From contig CAWAIK010000001.1 in the NCBI GenBank assembly GCA_963782115.1, positions 384,001-448,000 of the forward strand: a stretch of 64,000 nucleotides of DNA, given 5' to 3'. The notes under the pieces are model-generated. The model was not told the DNA's origin. It saw only the letters and a program-made list of their open reading frames with translations, and searched no databases. The translations under genes and the position numbers were made by a program. The stretch comes from an uncultured Verrucomicrobiae bacterium. Lineage in GTDB: Bacteria; Verrucomicrobiota; Verrucomicrobiia; Chthoniobacterales; JAFAMB01. Each line of letters opens with the position of its first letter. Within the stretch, counting starts at the first letter, position 1. Shown here one piece after another: positions 20,232-30,516 of the stretch.

Positions 20232-20404
20232 GGGACAGGTCAAATATCAATCCTGGTTTTCGGGCGGCTGTTTGGGCGCATAATCGGGACAACCGGCAGA
20301 GAAAGATGTTCAGTATTAGCGGCAGAGAAGGGTCGGTTCATCAGGCCGAGTTGAGGCCGCCGCTCAGAGTTTTCGGGTCTCGATCCAAATATTTGACCTG
20401 TCCC
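20232..20404. mobile_element. ~170 bp REPIN/MITE-like cassette, copy 3
   Basis: Perfect 16-bp terminal inverted repeat GGGACAGGTCAAATAT/ATATTTGACCTGTCCC. Confidence 0.88.
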
Positions 20405-20724
20405 TCGTTTCTTGATCCATGCGACTGACCTTCGACCTGTCCCTGTAACTTTCGATCGACCTGTCCCTGTAACTTTCGACCTGTCTCTGTAACTGATCCC
20501 CATTATATGCGAGACGGTGCACTAGCTTCTCCCCTCGGTCCGTCCATAAATTCGACCAGTCCATGCGACTGAGCTTCGACCCTGTTCCTGGCGCGCTATA
20601 TCCGTAAGAACTCGTTGCCGAGCTATACTTTAAAAGTACGGCAACAGTTCCATAGGCGTATTGGAAAGGTTCATAGATCCGTGGGAGAATGCTCCGCCTT
20701 GGCCGACAAAAGGAGAATTACACC

Positions 20725-23094
20725 ATGAAGACAAACACACTTTCCCCGGAACTGCTTCACAAGATGGATGCCTACTGGCGCGCAGCCAACTATCTGGCGG
20801 TCGGCCAGATTTATCTTTACGATAATCCGCTGCTAAAGCGGCCCCTGGCCCTCGGGGATGTGAAGCACATGCTGCTGGGTCACTGGGGCACGACCCCCGG
20901 GCAGAACTTCATTTACATGCACTTGAACCGTGTTATCAAAAAATACGATCTCGACATGATTTACGTTTCCGGCCCCGGGCACGGCGGGCCGGCCGTGGTG
21001 GGCAACACTTATCTCGAGGGCACTTACAGCGAGATCTATCCCAACATCAGCCAGGACGAGGCCGGGCTTCGGAAGCTCTTTGTTCAGTTTTCGTTTCCGG
21101 GAGGAATTCCCAGCCACGCATCACCAGAGTGCCCCGGCTCGATCCACGAGGGCGGCGAGTTGGGCTATTCGATAAGCCATTCGTTCGGGGCAGTGTTCGA
21201 CAATCCTAGTCTCGTTGTTGCCTGCGTCGTCGGCGATGGCGAGGCGGAAACCGGACCGCTGGCCACGGCGTGGCATTCCAACAAGTTTCTGAATCCGGCC
21301 GCCGACGGCGCGGTGCTGCCGATCCTTCATCTCAACGGGTACAAAATTTCCAACCCAACCATCCTCGCTCGCATCACCCGCGAGGAATTGGAACAGTTGC
21401 TCCGCGGTTACGGATGGACGCCCTTCTTCGTCGAGGGTCACGAGCCCGAGCTCATGCACGAAGCGATGGCCGCGACCCTCGACACGGCGGTGGAGCAGAT
21501 CAAAAAAATCCAGGAAGACGCTCGCATGCAGGGCAACATTGCGCGTCCGCGCTGGCCGATGATCGTCCTCAATTCACCCAAGGGCTGGACGGGGCCGAAG
21601 ATGGTCGATGGCCTGCAGGTTGAAGGCACGTTCCATGCGCACCAGGTGCCGCTCTCCGATCCGGCCACTCATCCCGAACATCTCAAGCTGTTGGAAGATT
21701 GGCTGAAGAGTTACCGCCCGGAGGAACTCTTCGATGAGCAGGGGCGCCTGAAACCGGAACTGGCCGAACTTGCGCCCAAGGGCGAACGGCGCATGGGCGC
21801 GAATCCCCATGCCAACGGCGGTATTTTGCTCCGCGACCTGCGGATGCCGGATTTCCGTGATTACGGGGTGGAGGTGCCCTCGGCAGGGGTCGGCGGCGTC
21901 GGCGACACCCGCGTGCTCGGGCGTTTTCTGCGCGATGTGACGCAAATGAATAGTGAGCGACGGAACTTTCGGGTCTTTGGCCCTGACGAGACGCTCTCCA
22001 ACGGCCTGGAAGCCCTCTTTGAAGTGACCAAGCGTCAATGGGACGCCGCAACCGAGCCGAACGACGAATTTCTCTCGCCCGCTGGGCGCGTGATGGAAAT
22101 GCTCAGCGAGCACCAATGCGAGGGGTGGCTCGAGGGTTACCTACTCACCGGGCGGCATGGGCTCTTCAACTGCTACGAGGCGTTCATCCACATCGTTGAT
22201 TCGATGTTCAACCAGCACGCCAAATGGCTGAAGGTCACCTCTCAGCTGCCGTGGCGGCGGAAGATCTCCTCGTTGAACTACTTGTTGGCCTCGCATGTCT
22301 GGCGCCAGGATCACAACGGCTTCACGCACCAGGATCCCGGCTTCGTCGACCACGTCGTGAACAAGAAGGCTGAGGTTGTTCGCGTTTACCTTCCGCCGGA
22401 TGCAAACTGCCTGTTGTCGGTAATGGACCACTGCCTGCGCAGCCGTCATTACGTCAACGTCGTGATTGCGGGCAAACACCCCGCACCGCATTGGCTGACG
22501 ATGGACGCCGCCGTGAAGCACTGCGCCGAGGGCATCGGTATCTGGCAGTGGGCCAGCAGCGACCAGAGCGTTGCACCCGACGTGGTCATGGCCTGCTGTG
22601 GTGACGTGCCCACGCTGGAAACGCTCGCCGCCGTTTCCATTATGCGCGAGCATCTGCCCGACCTCCGCATCCGGCTGGTCAACGTCGTCGACCTCATGAA
22701 GCTGCAGCCGCAAACCGAGCATCCGCATGGACTGAGCGATCTGGATTTCGACGCGCTTTTTACTAAGGATAAACCCGTGATCTTCGCGTTCCACGCCTAC
22801 CCGTGGTTGATCCACCGGCTGACCTATCGTCGGACCAACCACGGCAACATCCACGTCCGCGGCTACAAGGAAGAGGGCACTATCACCACACCCTTCGACA
22901 TGACGGTGCTGAATGATCTGGACCGCTTCCACCTGGTGATCGACGTGATCGACCGCGTGCCGCAGGCCGGCGACAAGGGCATCTACCTGAAGCAGCAGCT
23001 CGAGGACAAGCTGATCGAGCACAAACAATACATCGACAAAAACGGCGAAGACCTGCCGGAGATTCGGAATTGGAAGTGGGGCAGCAAAGTGTAA
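20725..23094 (+). CDS. xfp: Phosphoketolase (XFP family)
   Basis: [52 protein letters not shown] and [22 protein letters not shown] before ATG 20725. Confidence 0.97.
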   Translation: MKTNTLSPELLHKMDAYWRAANYLAVGQIYLYDNPLLKRPLALGDVKHMLLGHWGTTPGQNFIYMHLNRVIKKYDLDMIYVSGPGHGGPAVVGNTYLEGTYSEIYPNISQDEAGLRKLFVQFSFPGGIPSHASPECPGSIHEGGELGYSISHSFGAVFDNPSLVVACVVGDGEAETGPLATAWHSNKFLNPAADGAVLPILHLNGYKISNPTILARITREELEQLLRGYGWTPFFVEGHEPELMHEAMAATLDTAVEQIKKIQEDARMQGNIARPRWPMIVLNSPKGWTGPKMVDGLQVEGTFHAHQVPLSDPATHPEHLKLLEDWLKSYRPEELFDEQGRLKPELAELAPKGERRMGANPHANGGILLRDLRMPDFRDYGVEVPSAGVGGVGDTRVLGRFLRDVTQMNSERRNFRVFGPDETLSNGLEALFEVTKRQWDAATEPNDEFLSPAGRVMEMLSEHQCEGWLEGYLLTGRHGLFNCYEAFIHIVDSMFNQHAKWLKVTSQLPWRRKISSLNYLLASHVWRQDHNGFTHQDPGFVDHVVNKKAEVVRVYLPPDANCLLSVMDHCLRSRHYVNVVIAGKHPAPHWLTMDAAVKHCAEGIGIWQWASSDQSVAPDVVMACCGDVPTLETLAAVSIMREHLPDLRIRLVNVVDLMKLQPQTEHPHGLSDLDFDALFTKDKPVIFAFHAYPWLIHRLTYRRTNHGNIHVRGYKEEGTITTPFDMTVLNDLDRFHLVIDVIDRVPQAGDKGIYLKQQLEDKLIEHKQYIDKNGEDLPEIRNWKWGSKV

Positions 23095-23134
23095 TCGGCT
23101 TCTTCGCCTTGCGGGCGGCGCGGGCGGGAAATTA

Positions 23135-23171
23135 CAGCCCTTCGGAAGTCGCATGACTTCTCGAAGGGCTG
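23135..23171. terminator. Strong hairpin between convergent xfp and malG
   Basis: CAGCCCTTCG-GAAGTC-gcat-GACTTC-t-CGAAGGGCTG. No clear T-tail. Confidence 0.5.
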
Positions 23172-23346
23172 CGTTCCCCCCTAAGGAACAATTGTTTCGA
23201 CGGCTCTAATTTGACGTTGGTCAACGCCGATCTCCTCGCCCTTTTCACCCATACCCGCTCCACCACAGCGGTGCTCAATGAATTTTAGCCCTTGCCGCCT
23301 CAAGAATATTCGGCAATGGATTGTTTGAGAGCACCCCTAACGGCCT

Positions 23347-24249
23347 TTATTCTTTCACTCCACCAGAGGTCAGACCGCCGACGATATACTTTTGGCAGAC
23401 CAGGAAGATGGCCGTAATTGGCACGCCGCTCAGCACCGCTAGCGCAGCAAAGCGACCCCAGAGTTGTTCGTGTTCGGGCAAAAACGAATTGGCACCGACC
23501 GCCATCGTCCAGTTGGTTCGGGCCTGCAGAACAATCGATGCTACGGGATACTCAGACATGAAGGCGATGAAAGAAAGGATGAACACCACCGCAAAAATCG
23601 GGAGACTTATCGGCAGGAGAATTTGGACGAAGGTTTGGAACTGAGAGGCGCCATCGATCCGGGCTGATTCCTCCATGCTTGCGGGGATGGTGTCAAAGTA
23701 ACCTTTGATCATCCAAATGTAACCCGATATTCCGCCCAGGTAGACCATGACGAGGCCAGTTTGAGTGTTCAGTCCAAGCCAACGTACGTATTGGCCCGTG
23801 AAATCAAGAATCGCGTAGATTGCGACCAGGGCCAGCACCCCTGGGAACATCTGGAGAATAAGGAGGCTGCGCAGAGTCACCGTCTTGAACTTGAAGTGAA
23901 GCCGGGCAAACGCATAGGCGGCCGTTCCGGACAGGAGGATGATGCCGATCGAGGCGGCGGCGGAGATTTTGATCGAGTTCCACAACCAGATTAACGCCGG
24001 TGTTTCGGCCTTAATGAGGCGCGTTTCACCCGTAGCGCTGTTTACTACCTCCTGATAGGGGATACCCAGAACATATTTCCAATGCTCCAAACTGACGTTG
24101 CCTGGCAGCAATCCGCTGGGCGCGAAATTGCCCCTGCGCAGGGAAGCCGATATGACGATGAGATACGGGACCAGAACCAAGGCCAGCAAGGCCATAATCA
24201 AGACATGGGAGATCCCCAGCCGCATCACGGTCTTTTGTTGGGAAGTCAT
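23347..24249 (-). CDS. malG: Maltose/maltodextrin ABC permease MalG
   Basis: [30 protein letters not shown] and [21 protein letters not shown] (EAA loop), GLTSGGVK. Confidence 0.93.
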   Translation of the reverse strand: MTSQQKTVMRLGISHVLIMALLALVLVPYLIVISASLRRGNFAPSGLLPGNVSLEHWKYVLGIPYQEVVNSATGETRLIKAETPALIWLWNSIKISAAASIGIILLSGTAAYAFARLHFKFKTVTLRSLLILQMFPGVLALVAIYAILDFTGQYVRWLGLNTQTGLVMVYLGGISGYIWMIKGYFDTIPASMEESARIDGASQFQTFVQILLPISLPIFAVVFILSFIAFMSEYPVASIVLQARTNWTMAVGANSFLPEHEQLWGRFAALAVLSGVPITAIFLVCQKYIVGGLTSGGVKE

Positions 24250-25796
24250 ATTTTCATCGTATTTGCGGTAACTCTGAGATTTATCCAGGCCAGGAACCCG
24301 ACAAGAATGAAAAGCAAAGTGGCGATCGCGCCGACCAAGCCGTAGTTGGTGCCTGAATCAAGAAAAGCAATGTTATAGGTATAGGTCACAAGCAGGTCTG
24401 TTTCGCCCGCATTTCCGCCGACCATTTGCGGACCTCCGGCCGTAAGAAGATAGACGAGAGTAAAGTTATTGAAGTTAAAGGCGAAAGCCGAGATCAGGAT
24501 TGGAATCATTGGCGGAAGTACTAACGGCAATGTTAGGTCAATAAAATCCCGCACTTTATTGCTGCCATCGATCGCACTGGCCTCATAAATCGCGGAGGGT
24601 ATGGACTGAAGCATTCCGGTGCAGATAAGCATCATGTAAGGGTAACCCAACCAAAGGTTCACCAACAAAATCATCGCGCGCGATCCCCATGGATTTGTAT
24701 TCCATTCCGGAGCGAGGCCGAAAATACCTTTCAGCAATGCGTTCACCGCGCCAAATTCCTGGTTGAACAGCCCTTTCATGATCAAGATCGATAGCAAGGC
24801 TGGAACGGCATAGGGGAGAATAAAGAGCGTGCGATAAGTTTGCCGAAAACGCAGATCCTTTTGTTCGAGGAGGACTGACAGCAACATGCCGACAGAGAAG
24901 GTTAGGAAAACCGAGATTGCTGAAAAAGCGAAATTCCAGACGAATATCCTGAAGAACGGGCCTTGGATGCGGGGATCGGTAATGATCCGTAAATAGTTGT
25001 CGAAACCGCTAAACGTTCTGAATCCAACACCGACCGGTTCTCCTTTGTCATTGACAAAGAAGCCGAGCTTGAAGTCGGGCCGAATGACGGTCCCGTCTTT
25101 TTTGCTGGTGAATGAGCCGTCCGGGTTAGGTGTCCAGAGCCGCTCTCGCGCCGCAAAATTTGTCAGCCCGGACAGCGCCACCAACGTTTCGTCCGGAAGG
25201 ATAAATTGACGAGCTCTCATGGGAGTCAACAACTTACCCCTGTTGATCTGGACCATTTCCAGGGGCTTGCCCGGCACCTGCTCGCCCTTGGGCAACGCAT
25301 TGAGCTTCACAGGTTCCTGTTCGGTTTTAGGTTTCACCCCCGGGGTTAGCTCAAAGGGCTCCGACACGAAGCGGCGTGTGGCATCCTTTTCGTCCTCCAA
25401 ATACAGGACGTAGCTGCCATCGTCTTGCGCGTACAACTTGTATTTGTAGGAAGCAGCGTTTGGGCTCAGAAAGGTTTCGTTGCGAACCAACGCTGCACTA
25501 CGGTCGAAACGAAGAAGGTTCTGGGAACTGTATTTCGTGAAACCGATATAAACGGTGTAGGCCAGCGGAAAGATGACAAAAACGCCAAAACCGACAAATC
25601 CTGGGAAGAGATATCGGAACGTGGAGGCCGAGGGGTTCAGGTAAATGAACACCCCCAGCCAGGCCACTACTAGCAGGGTCAGTGCGATCCAGATGTTTCC
25701 GCTCAGGTAGAGTACAAAAGTCAGATAGAGCGAAGGAATCGCCAGCAGCGCTACCAGAATGTGCCGGATTTGCAATCTTCCGATCAAGGAGCTCAT
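24246..25796 (-). CDS. malF: Maltose/maltodextrin ABC permease MalF with large periplasmic loop
   Basis: [44 protein letters not shown] and FAFNFNNF. Confidence 0.93.
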   Translation of the reverse strand: MSSLIGRLQIRHILVALLAIPSLYLTFVLYLSGNIWIALTLLVVAWLGVFIYLNPSASTFRYLFPGFVGFGVFVIFPLAYTVYIGFTKYSSQNLLRFDRSAALVRNETFLSPNAASYKYKLYAQDDGSYVLYLEDEKDATRRFVSEPFELTPGVKPKTEQEPVKLNALPKGEQVPGKPLEMVQINRGKLLTPMRARQFILPDETLVALSGLTNFAARERLWTPNPDGSFTSKKDGTVIRPDFKLGFFVNDKGEPVGVGFRTFSGFDNYLRIITDPRIQGPFFRIFVWNFAFSAISVFLTFSVGMLLSVLLEQKDLRFRQTYRTLFILPYAVPALLSILIMKGLFNQEFGAVNALLKGIFGLAPEWNTNPWGSRAMILLVNLWLGYPYMMLICTGMLQSIPSAIYEASAIDGSNKVRDFIDLTLPLVLPPMIPILISAFAFNFNNFTLVYLLTAGGPQMVGGNAGETDLLVTYTYNIAFLDSGTNYGLVGAIATLLFILVGFLAWINLRVTANTMKI

Positions 25797-26974
25797 TTTC
25801 CCATGTTCTTCCTGGCGTCTTGTAAAGCTACCTGTGGGGTAGCCCCGCCGTCGGTCGCAATCTCAAATGCGGCCTTCATTGAACTCCAGAACTTGCCCAT
25901 CTGGGGAATGTTAGGCATAACTTCTCCGTTCTGACAGTTCTCGTAAGTTACTTTAATGAGAGGGTTCTTGGCGGCCATCTCATCGCAGAGCGATTTTAGC
26001 GCTGGAACTCCGAGCGGCGCATCTGCGTCCATGGCCTTCAGCCCCTCGATGGTGCAGACATATTTCTCTAGAAACTGCACTGCTAAATCGGCGTTTGGGG
26101 TCGAACGGTTCACCATGGCCGTTTGAACCCCGACAAAGGGTTTGCCAGGGTTACCGGCCACCCCTGGAATCGGCGCGAGCTCGAAATCGATCCCGCTCTT
26201 GCGGAGATTAGCCCAATCCCACGGTCCATTGATCATCATTGCCAGTTCGCCGGTGCTCATTTTCTGATCCATCACGGCCTGGGTGGCGCCCTTCGGCATG
26301 GCCCCATCCTTTATCAGGTCGACAATCGCCTGCAGCCCTTGCAGTGCGCCCGGACTGTCGATCCCGACATCTTTGACGTCATAGCCATCCGCGGTTTTCT
26401 TAAAAGAATAAGCTCCGGCGCTGGCGAGGAACGGCCAGCTAAAATAGGGGGTGTTGTAATCCCACATAATCGCGATCACCTTCGGATTCTTTGCTTTGAG
26501 TTCTTTGCTGAAAGCGGGGATTTCTGAGAGCTGGGTGGGTGGTTTTCCAGTGACGAATTTTTTGTTGTAGATTAACGAGACTGCCTCGAGGGAAATAGGG
26601 TAGCCCCAGATTTGTTTGTTATGCGCTACCGCGTCCCACGACATGGGAATAAAGCCGGCCTTAAAATCGTCCTTGATCTCCAGCGGCTTTATCAAACCGG
26701 CATCGGCCCATTCTCCGATGCGATCGTGCGCCCAGAAAAAGATATCAGGACCTTTCCCGGTTTGGGCGGCAGACTGGAACTTTTCGGTGATTTGCTCCTG
26801 GGTTTCAACTTTAACAGGAACACCAACTTCTTTTTCAAAAGTTTTACCAAGGTCACCCAAGGCGTGGTAAGCCCTGTTATCGCTGATCCAGATCAGGAGT
26901 TCGCCGTCGGTCCAGGCAAATGCCTGAGCGGCGAAAAAGCCTAAGAAGATTCCACAAAGGAGCTTTTTGATCAT
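25793..26974 (-). CDS. malE: Maltose/maltodextrin-binding protein MalE
   Basis: Signal peptide, GELLIWI, GPDIFFWAHDRIGEWA, SLIYNK, INGPWDW, KPFVGV and GEVMPNIPQMGKFW. Confidence 0.95.
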   Translation of the reverse strand: MIKKLLCGIFLGFFAAQAFAWTDGELLIWISDNRAYHALGDLGKTFEKEVGVPVKVETQEQITEKFQSAAQTGKGPDIFFWAHDRIGEWADAGLIKPLEIKDDFKAGFIPMSWDAVAHNKQIWGYPISLEAVSLIYNKKFVTGKPPTQLSEIPAFSKELKAKNPKVIAIMWDYNTPYFSWPFLASAGAYSFKKTADGYDVKDVGIDSPGALQGLQAIVDLIKDGAMPKGATQAVMDQKMSTGELAMMINGPWDWANLRKSGIDFELAPIPGVAGNPGKPFVGVQTAMVNRSTPNADLAVQFLEKYVCTIEGLKAMDADAPLGVPALKSLCDEMAAKNPLIKVTYENCQNGEVMPNIPQMGKFWSSMKAAFEIATDGGATPQVALQDARKNMGK

Positions 26975-27423
26975 AGCTTGGTGGGGGAATTCGGGGCGGG
27001 TTAAATCCAAATGCAGGCACATCTGTCTGCAATCACAAAAGAAGGGTTCTTCTTTTCCGGGGGTGTCTTGCCATCGACGCTTCTGATTAAATCAGGTTCT
27101 GTTAAGTTCGAACACAACTTTATTCCTCCCGCGACTGGAAGGACCAACCGACCACTCCAGAATAGTGACGCTCTGAATATTAGTGTCCGGTCCCGAATGG
27201 CGCGAAGATAAGGAGAAATTGAGAGGCTGATGCCTCGTAAGGGATTAGGGCGGGTAAGCATAGGCCAGCCTGCATATTGCTCTCATCCAGCGAAGCCTTG
27301 GAGCCTATCAGAGACGGCCGCCAATGAACGAGGCGCGGATATAAAGTGATCGGCCCCGACACAGCCTGGAAGCCTACATTACGCCGGTGGCCACGGACCT
27401 CACCTCCACCGGACGAAAAAGCC

Positions 27424-27441
27424 CTTAACTTAGCGTCGTTC
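27424..27441. repeat. Solo IS-like end of the CTTAACTTAGYGCCGTTC family
   Basis: CTTAACTTAGCGTCGTTC, 17/18 identical to 13576-13593. Confidence 0.65.
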
Positions 27442-27500
27442 TGCTCTGTTCCGGAAATAACATGCATTTTGCCGTTGCACAACGTCAACGAGTTGAAATC

Positions 27501-28463
27501 TCAAACACCGTTCATCTCAACAGCAACGGAGCGACTGTGATTATTCAGCCTCAATGCGCCATTTGGTTCGGGCAAGACCTCCCTCGCCACTGTTAGAAAA
27601 TCATTGACCGACGGACTAGCACGCTGTGCGTCCCACACCAGGCTGAGCGGAAACTCTGCTATCGACTCGGTGAGCTTGCGAAAGGAGACACCTGCGTGCG
27701 GGCCTCCCAAGTGCAGCGGTGACAGCAAGCCGACCCCGACGCCGGCACAAATCAGGGTAAAAAAAGCCTCTGCGCTATCCACTGATATCGTCTTTACCGG
27801 TTCGAACCCTGTCTCGAGGAAAATCGAGCGGATCCATTCGAAATAATTGGATGCGTACCTTGGCTCGAAAATGAGAAAGGGCTGATGGGCAAAATCTTGA
27901 AGCCTCGTCTCGCGTCGATGGTCACGCTCTGCCGCCGTTGCGGCTACCGCAACGCCAACCGGTGCGGTCGCGATGATCCAACTGTTTAATGCCCCGGCTG
28001 AACGGCTCGTCGACTCAGGAGCCAGGTAACCAACGCCAAGCTCAGTTCCCTTCTGAACCGCTTCGATCCATTTGAAGTTGTTCTGCTGCAGGATGGAAAC
28101 TTCAACCTTTGGGAAGCGTTCGCGGAAAGCGCGGATCAAATGAGCCAAGAGGCCAGGGCAGATCAGGCCGACGTTGGCGATTCGCAACTCGCCGCCGTAT
28201 TCCCTGGAGGCTTGCTGGGTTGTTTCAACGGCTTGGAGCGCGCATTTGAGCGTTCGGCGAGCACCGGCCAAAAAGGTTTGCCCTGCTGCGGTAAGACAGA
28301 CGTGGTGGTTCGTTCGGTCAAAGAGCCGAGTGCCAATCTCGCTCTCTAGATCGATGATTTGTTCGCAGAGCGACGGGTGGCTGACGCGCAACGTCTGGGC
28401 GGCTTTTCGAAACCCCTGGTGTTCTGCTACGGCTAAAAAGTAGCGGAGGTGTCTAAGTTCCAT
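27501..28463 (-). CDS. LysR-family transcriptional regulator
   Basis: MELRHLRYFLAVAEHQGFRKAAQTLRVSHPSLCEQIIDLESEIGTRLFDR. Confidence 0.93.
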   Translation of the reverse strand: MELRHLRYFLAVAEHQGFRKAAQTLRVSHPSLCEQIIDLESEIGTRLFDRTNHHVCLTAAGQTFLAGARRTLKCALQAVETTQQASREYGGELRIANVGLICPGLLAHLIRAFRERFPKVEVSILQQNNFKWIEAVQKGTELGVGYLAPESTSRSAGALNSWIIATAPVGVAVAATAAERDHRRETRLQDFAHQPFLIFEPRYASNYFEWIRSIFLETGFEPVKTISVDSAEAFFTLICAGVGVGLLSPLHLGGPHAGVSFRKLTESIAEFPLSLVWDAQRASPSVNDFLTVAREVLPEPNGALRLNNHSRSVAVEMNGV

Positions 28464-28660
28464 GGAAGTTGATAGTGAGTTATCGGGAAGGCAATGGAGC
28501 CTGAGGGCATCGCTGACTCGGCAGCGGGGGTACGGAAAGAAAGGGAAGCGCAGCCGAGGTCGGTTTCAGGTTCTTTACGCGTAAAGTATCGGTTTTTCTT
28601 GATTGGTAAAGTAATATTTGAAATATTTTCCGCCCAAAACATGATGCCAGCTCTGCTACC

Positions 28661-29752
28661 ATGAAACCCACCTTGAAGGCGCGGGGCACCCTGAGGGACG
28701 TCGCCCGGCTGGTCGGGGTCTCGCATACGACCGTCTCCAACGCCTTCAGCCGACCCGATCAGCTTTCGCCCAAGCTGCGCGAAAAAATCCTGGTCGCGGC
28801 GCGTTCGGTGAACTATTCCGGCCCGAACCCGGCTGCGCAAATGCTCACGAGAGGCTTCGCCAACACGATTGCCCTCGTCTACGCGGACCCTTTGTATCAC
28901 GCTTTTGAAGATCCGGCGACTTCGGCTTTCGTGGGCGGGGTAGCCGAAGCGTGCGATCAACGGGGGCTAGGATTGCTTCTCCTCCAAGGGGGGGGAGCCA
29001 CTCTACACACGATCCAGTCCGCTGCCGTCGATGGTCTGATCATCTATTCGATGTCAAAAGAGGGCGAGGCGATCCGAACGATCGCAGATCGGGGTCTACC
29101 GATGGTCGTCGTAGATCAACCGCTGATCCCTAAGGTGCCGTTCGTCGGGATCGATGATCGTGGGGCGGCCCGCGCTTGCGCACAGCACCTCAAAGACCTT
29201 GGACACCAAAGCTTCGCGATCGTGACGTTCCAATTGGGTAGCGACGGACACTGCGGTCTTATCGAAAGAAAACGCTTGAAAGATATCTGCTTCGAAATAC
29301 CCAAGCGGCGGATTGAAGGCTACCTTGAAGTTATCGACGGCAGCGGGCCGGGGTTTTCTGTGATCATCTGGGAATGCCCCAGCTCCAACGAAGAAAGTGG
29401 TAGAACCGCCGCCGAAGGTATCCTGAGAACCGAACCTCGTCCGACCGCCATTCTGGCCACGAGTGATCGCCTGGCAATTGGTGTTATGGAGGCTGCGCGA
29501 GGACATCAACTGCGTGTTCCACAAGATCTTGCGGTGATCGGCTTCGATGATATTCCCGCGGCTAAATTGATCACGCCGCGGCTAACGACGGTACATCAAC
29601 CTATGGCGGACAAGGGCCGACTGGCCGTATCGTTGTTGCTGAAGGAAAAGAGGTCAATGCGAACTATGGTGCCCACGAAGGTTATCGTTCGCCAATCGAC
29701 GGATCTTTCGATTCTCGGGCCGGCACAGGAAAGGGAAATTAACCTGCGTTGA
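28661..29752 (+). CDS. LacI-family transcriptional regulator
   Basis: TLRDVARLVGVSHTTVSNAF HTH, VPQDLAVIGFDDI and LTTVHQP. Confidence 0.95.
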   Translation: MKPTLKARGTLRDVARLVGVSHTTVSNAFSRPDQLSPKLREKILVAARSVNYSGPNPAAQMLTRGFANTIALVYADPLYHAFEDPATSAFVGGVAEACDQRGLGLLLLQGGGATLHTIQSAAVDGLIIYSMSKEGEAIRTIADRGLPMVVVDQPLIPKVPFVGIDDRGAARACAQHLKDLGHQSFAIVTFQLGSDGHCGLIERKRLKDICFEIPKRRIEGYLEVIDGSGPGFSVIIWECPSSNEESGRTAAEGILRTEPRPTAILATSDRLAIGVMEAARGHQLRVPQDLAVIGFDDIPAAKLITPRLTTVHQPMADKGRLAVSLLLKEKRSMRTMVPTKVIVRQSTDLSILGPAQEREINLR

Positions 29753-29879
29753 ATTTCATTTTCCACTTAAAATATGAGCCGGCGATCTCTGCCCGGAAAG
29801 TCTGGATGAGTTTTGAGCGTCTGCCTCTATCCCAATTTAAAACACCTATCATGGGAGTTAGCTGTGTTTGATATCTCCT

Positions 29880-30115
29880 GGAATATAAATGCCTCCAGGA
29901 TTCAAGATCGGATTGATGCGCTCGCTGCGATCACCGATGAAAAAGGGATGATCACGCGCACATATTTGTCCGATGCGACGCTGCGGGGAAATCAGCTTGT
30001 GGCCGGCTGGATGCGGGAAGCCGGGCTCTCGACGAGGGAAGATCGAGTGGGCAATCTGCTGGGACAATCTCTATCGGATCCAGGCAGTCAGATCTTTCTC
30101 CTTGGATCCCACCTG
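29880..30115 (+). pseudogene. allC: Allantoate amidohydrolase (M20) N-terminal fragment
   Basis: RIDALAAITDEKGMITRTYLS...WMREAGLSTREDRVGNLLG...LLGSHL, truncated at the GSHxD motif. Confidence 0.75.
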
Positions 30116-30443
30116 CTCGGAACTTGATGGATTTTCACGATTCTCGGCAGTGAGCGCCACCAACGTCGCGGAACGCTTCGGAATCGGTCGCGTGAAGGGA
30201 CGGATCGCGGAGGGATTCGATGCCGACATCACGTTGGTCGATCTACAGGGGTCCGTAACGATCACTGCAGAACAGTTATTTTACCGTCATACGATCAGCC
30301 CGTACATCGGTTTGGAATTGCGCGCCCTTGTCAAAAGCACCTGGGTACGCGGCCGTGCAGTTTATCGAAACGAAAAATTTTTGGGCCAGGCACAAGGCAG
30401 ACTCCTCACGCCGAGTCAAAACGCTCGACTGAAAACTCAGTAA
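30116..30443 (+). pseudogene. allB: Allantoinase C-terminal fragment
   Basis: ATNVAERFGIGRVKGRIAEGFDADITLVD...LFYRHTISPYIG...TWVRG. Confidence 0.75.
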
Positions 30444-30516
30444 GCACGTCGGTTTTTTCTTGCGCCGCACTTCGCTTATTCCGCAACCTGTCGCGAAATT
30501 TTGCTGAGTTGCCGGC

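Larger units (their letters stand above)
19452..20590. repeat. Right GACCTGTCCC motif field
   Basis: Exact reverse copies at 19484, 19574, 19787, 20164, 20395, 20434 and 20458. Exact forward copy at 20232. One-mismatch copies at 19631, 20074, 20110 and 20478. Confidence 0.9.

Noticed and set aside
16877..20590. CRISPR array
   Set aside because: The repeat is only 10-16 bp, occurs in both orientations with spacing from 13 to several hundred bp, and no cas genes are present.
22141..23154. Long antisense ORFs (also 2844-4001, 18256-18978, 57516-58280)
   Set aside because: Shadows of well-supported genes on the opposite strand in GC-rich DNA.
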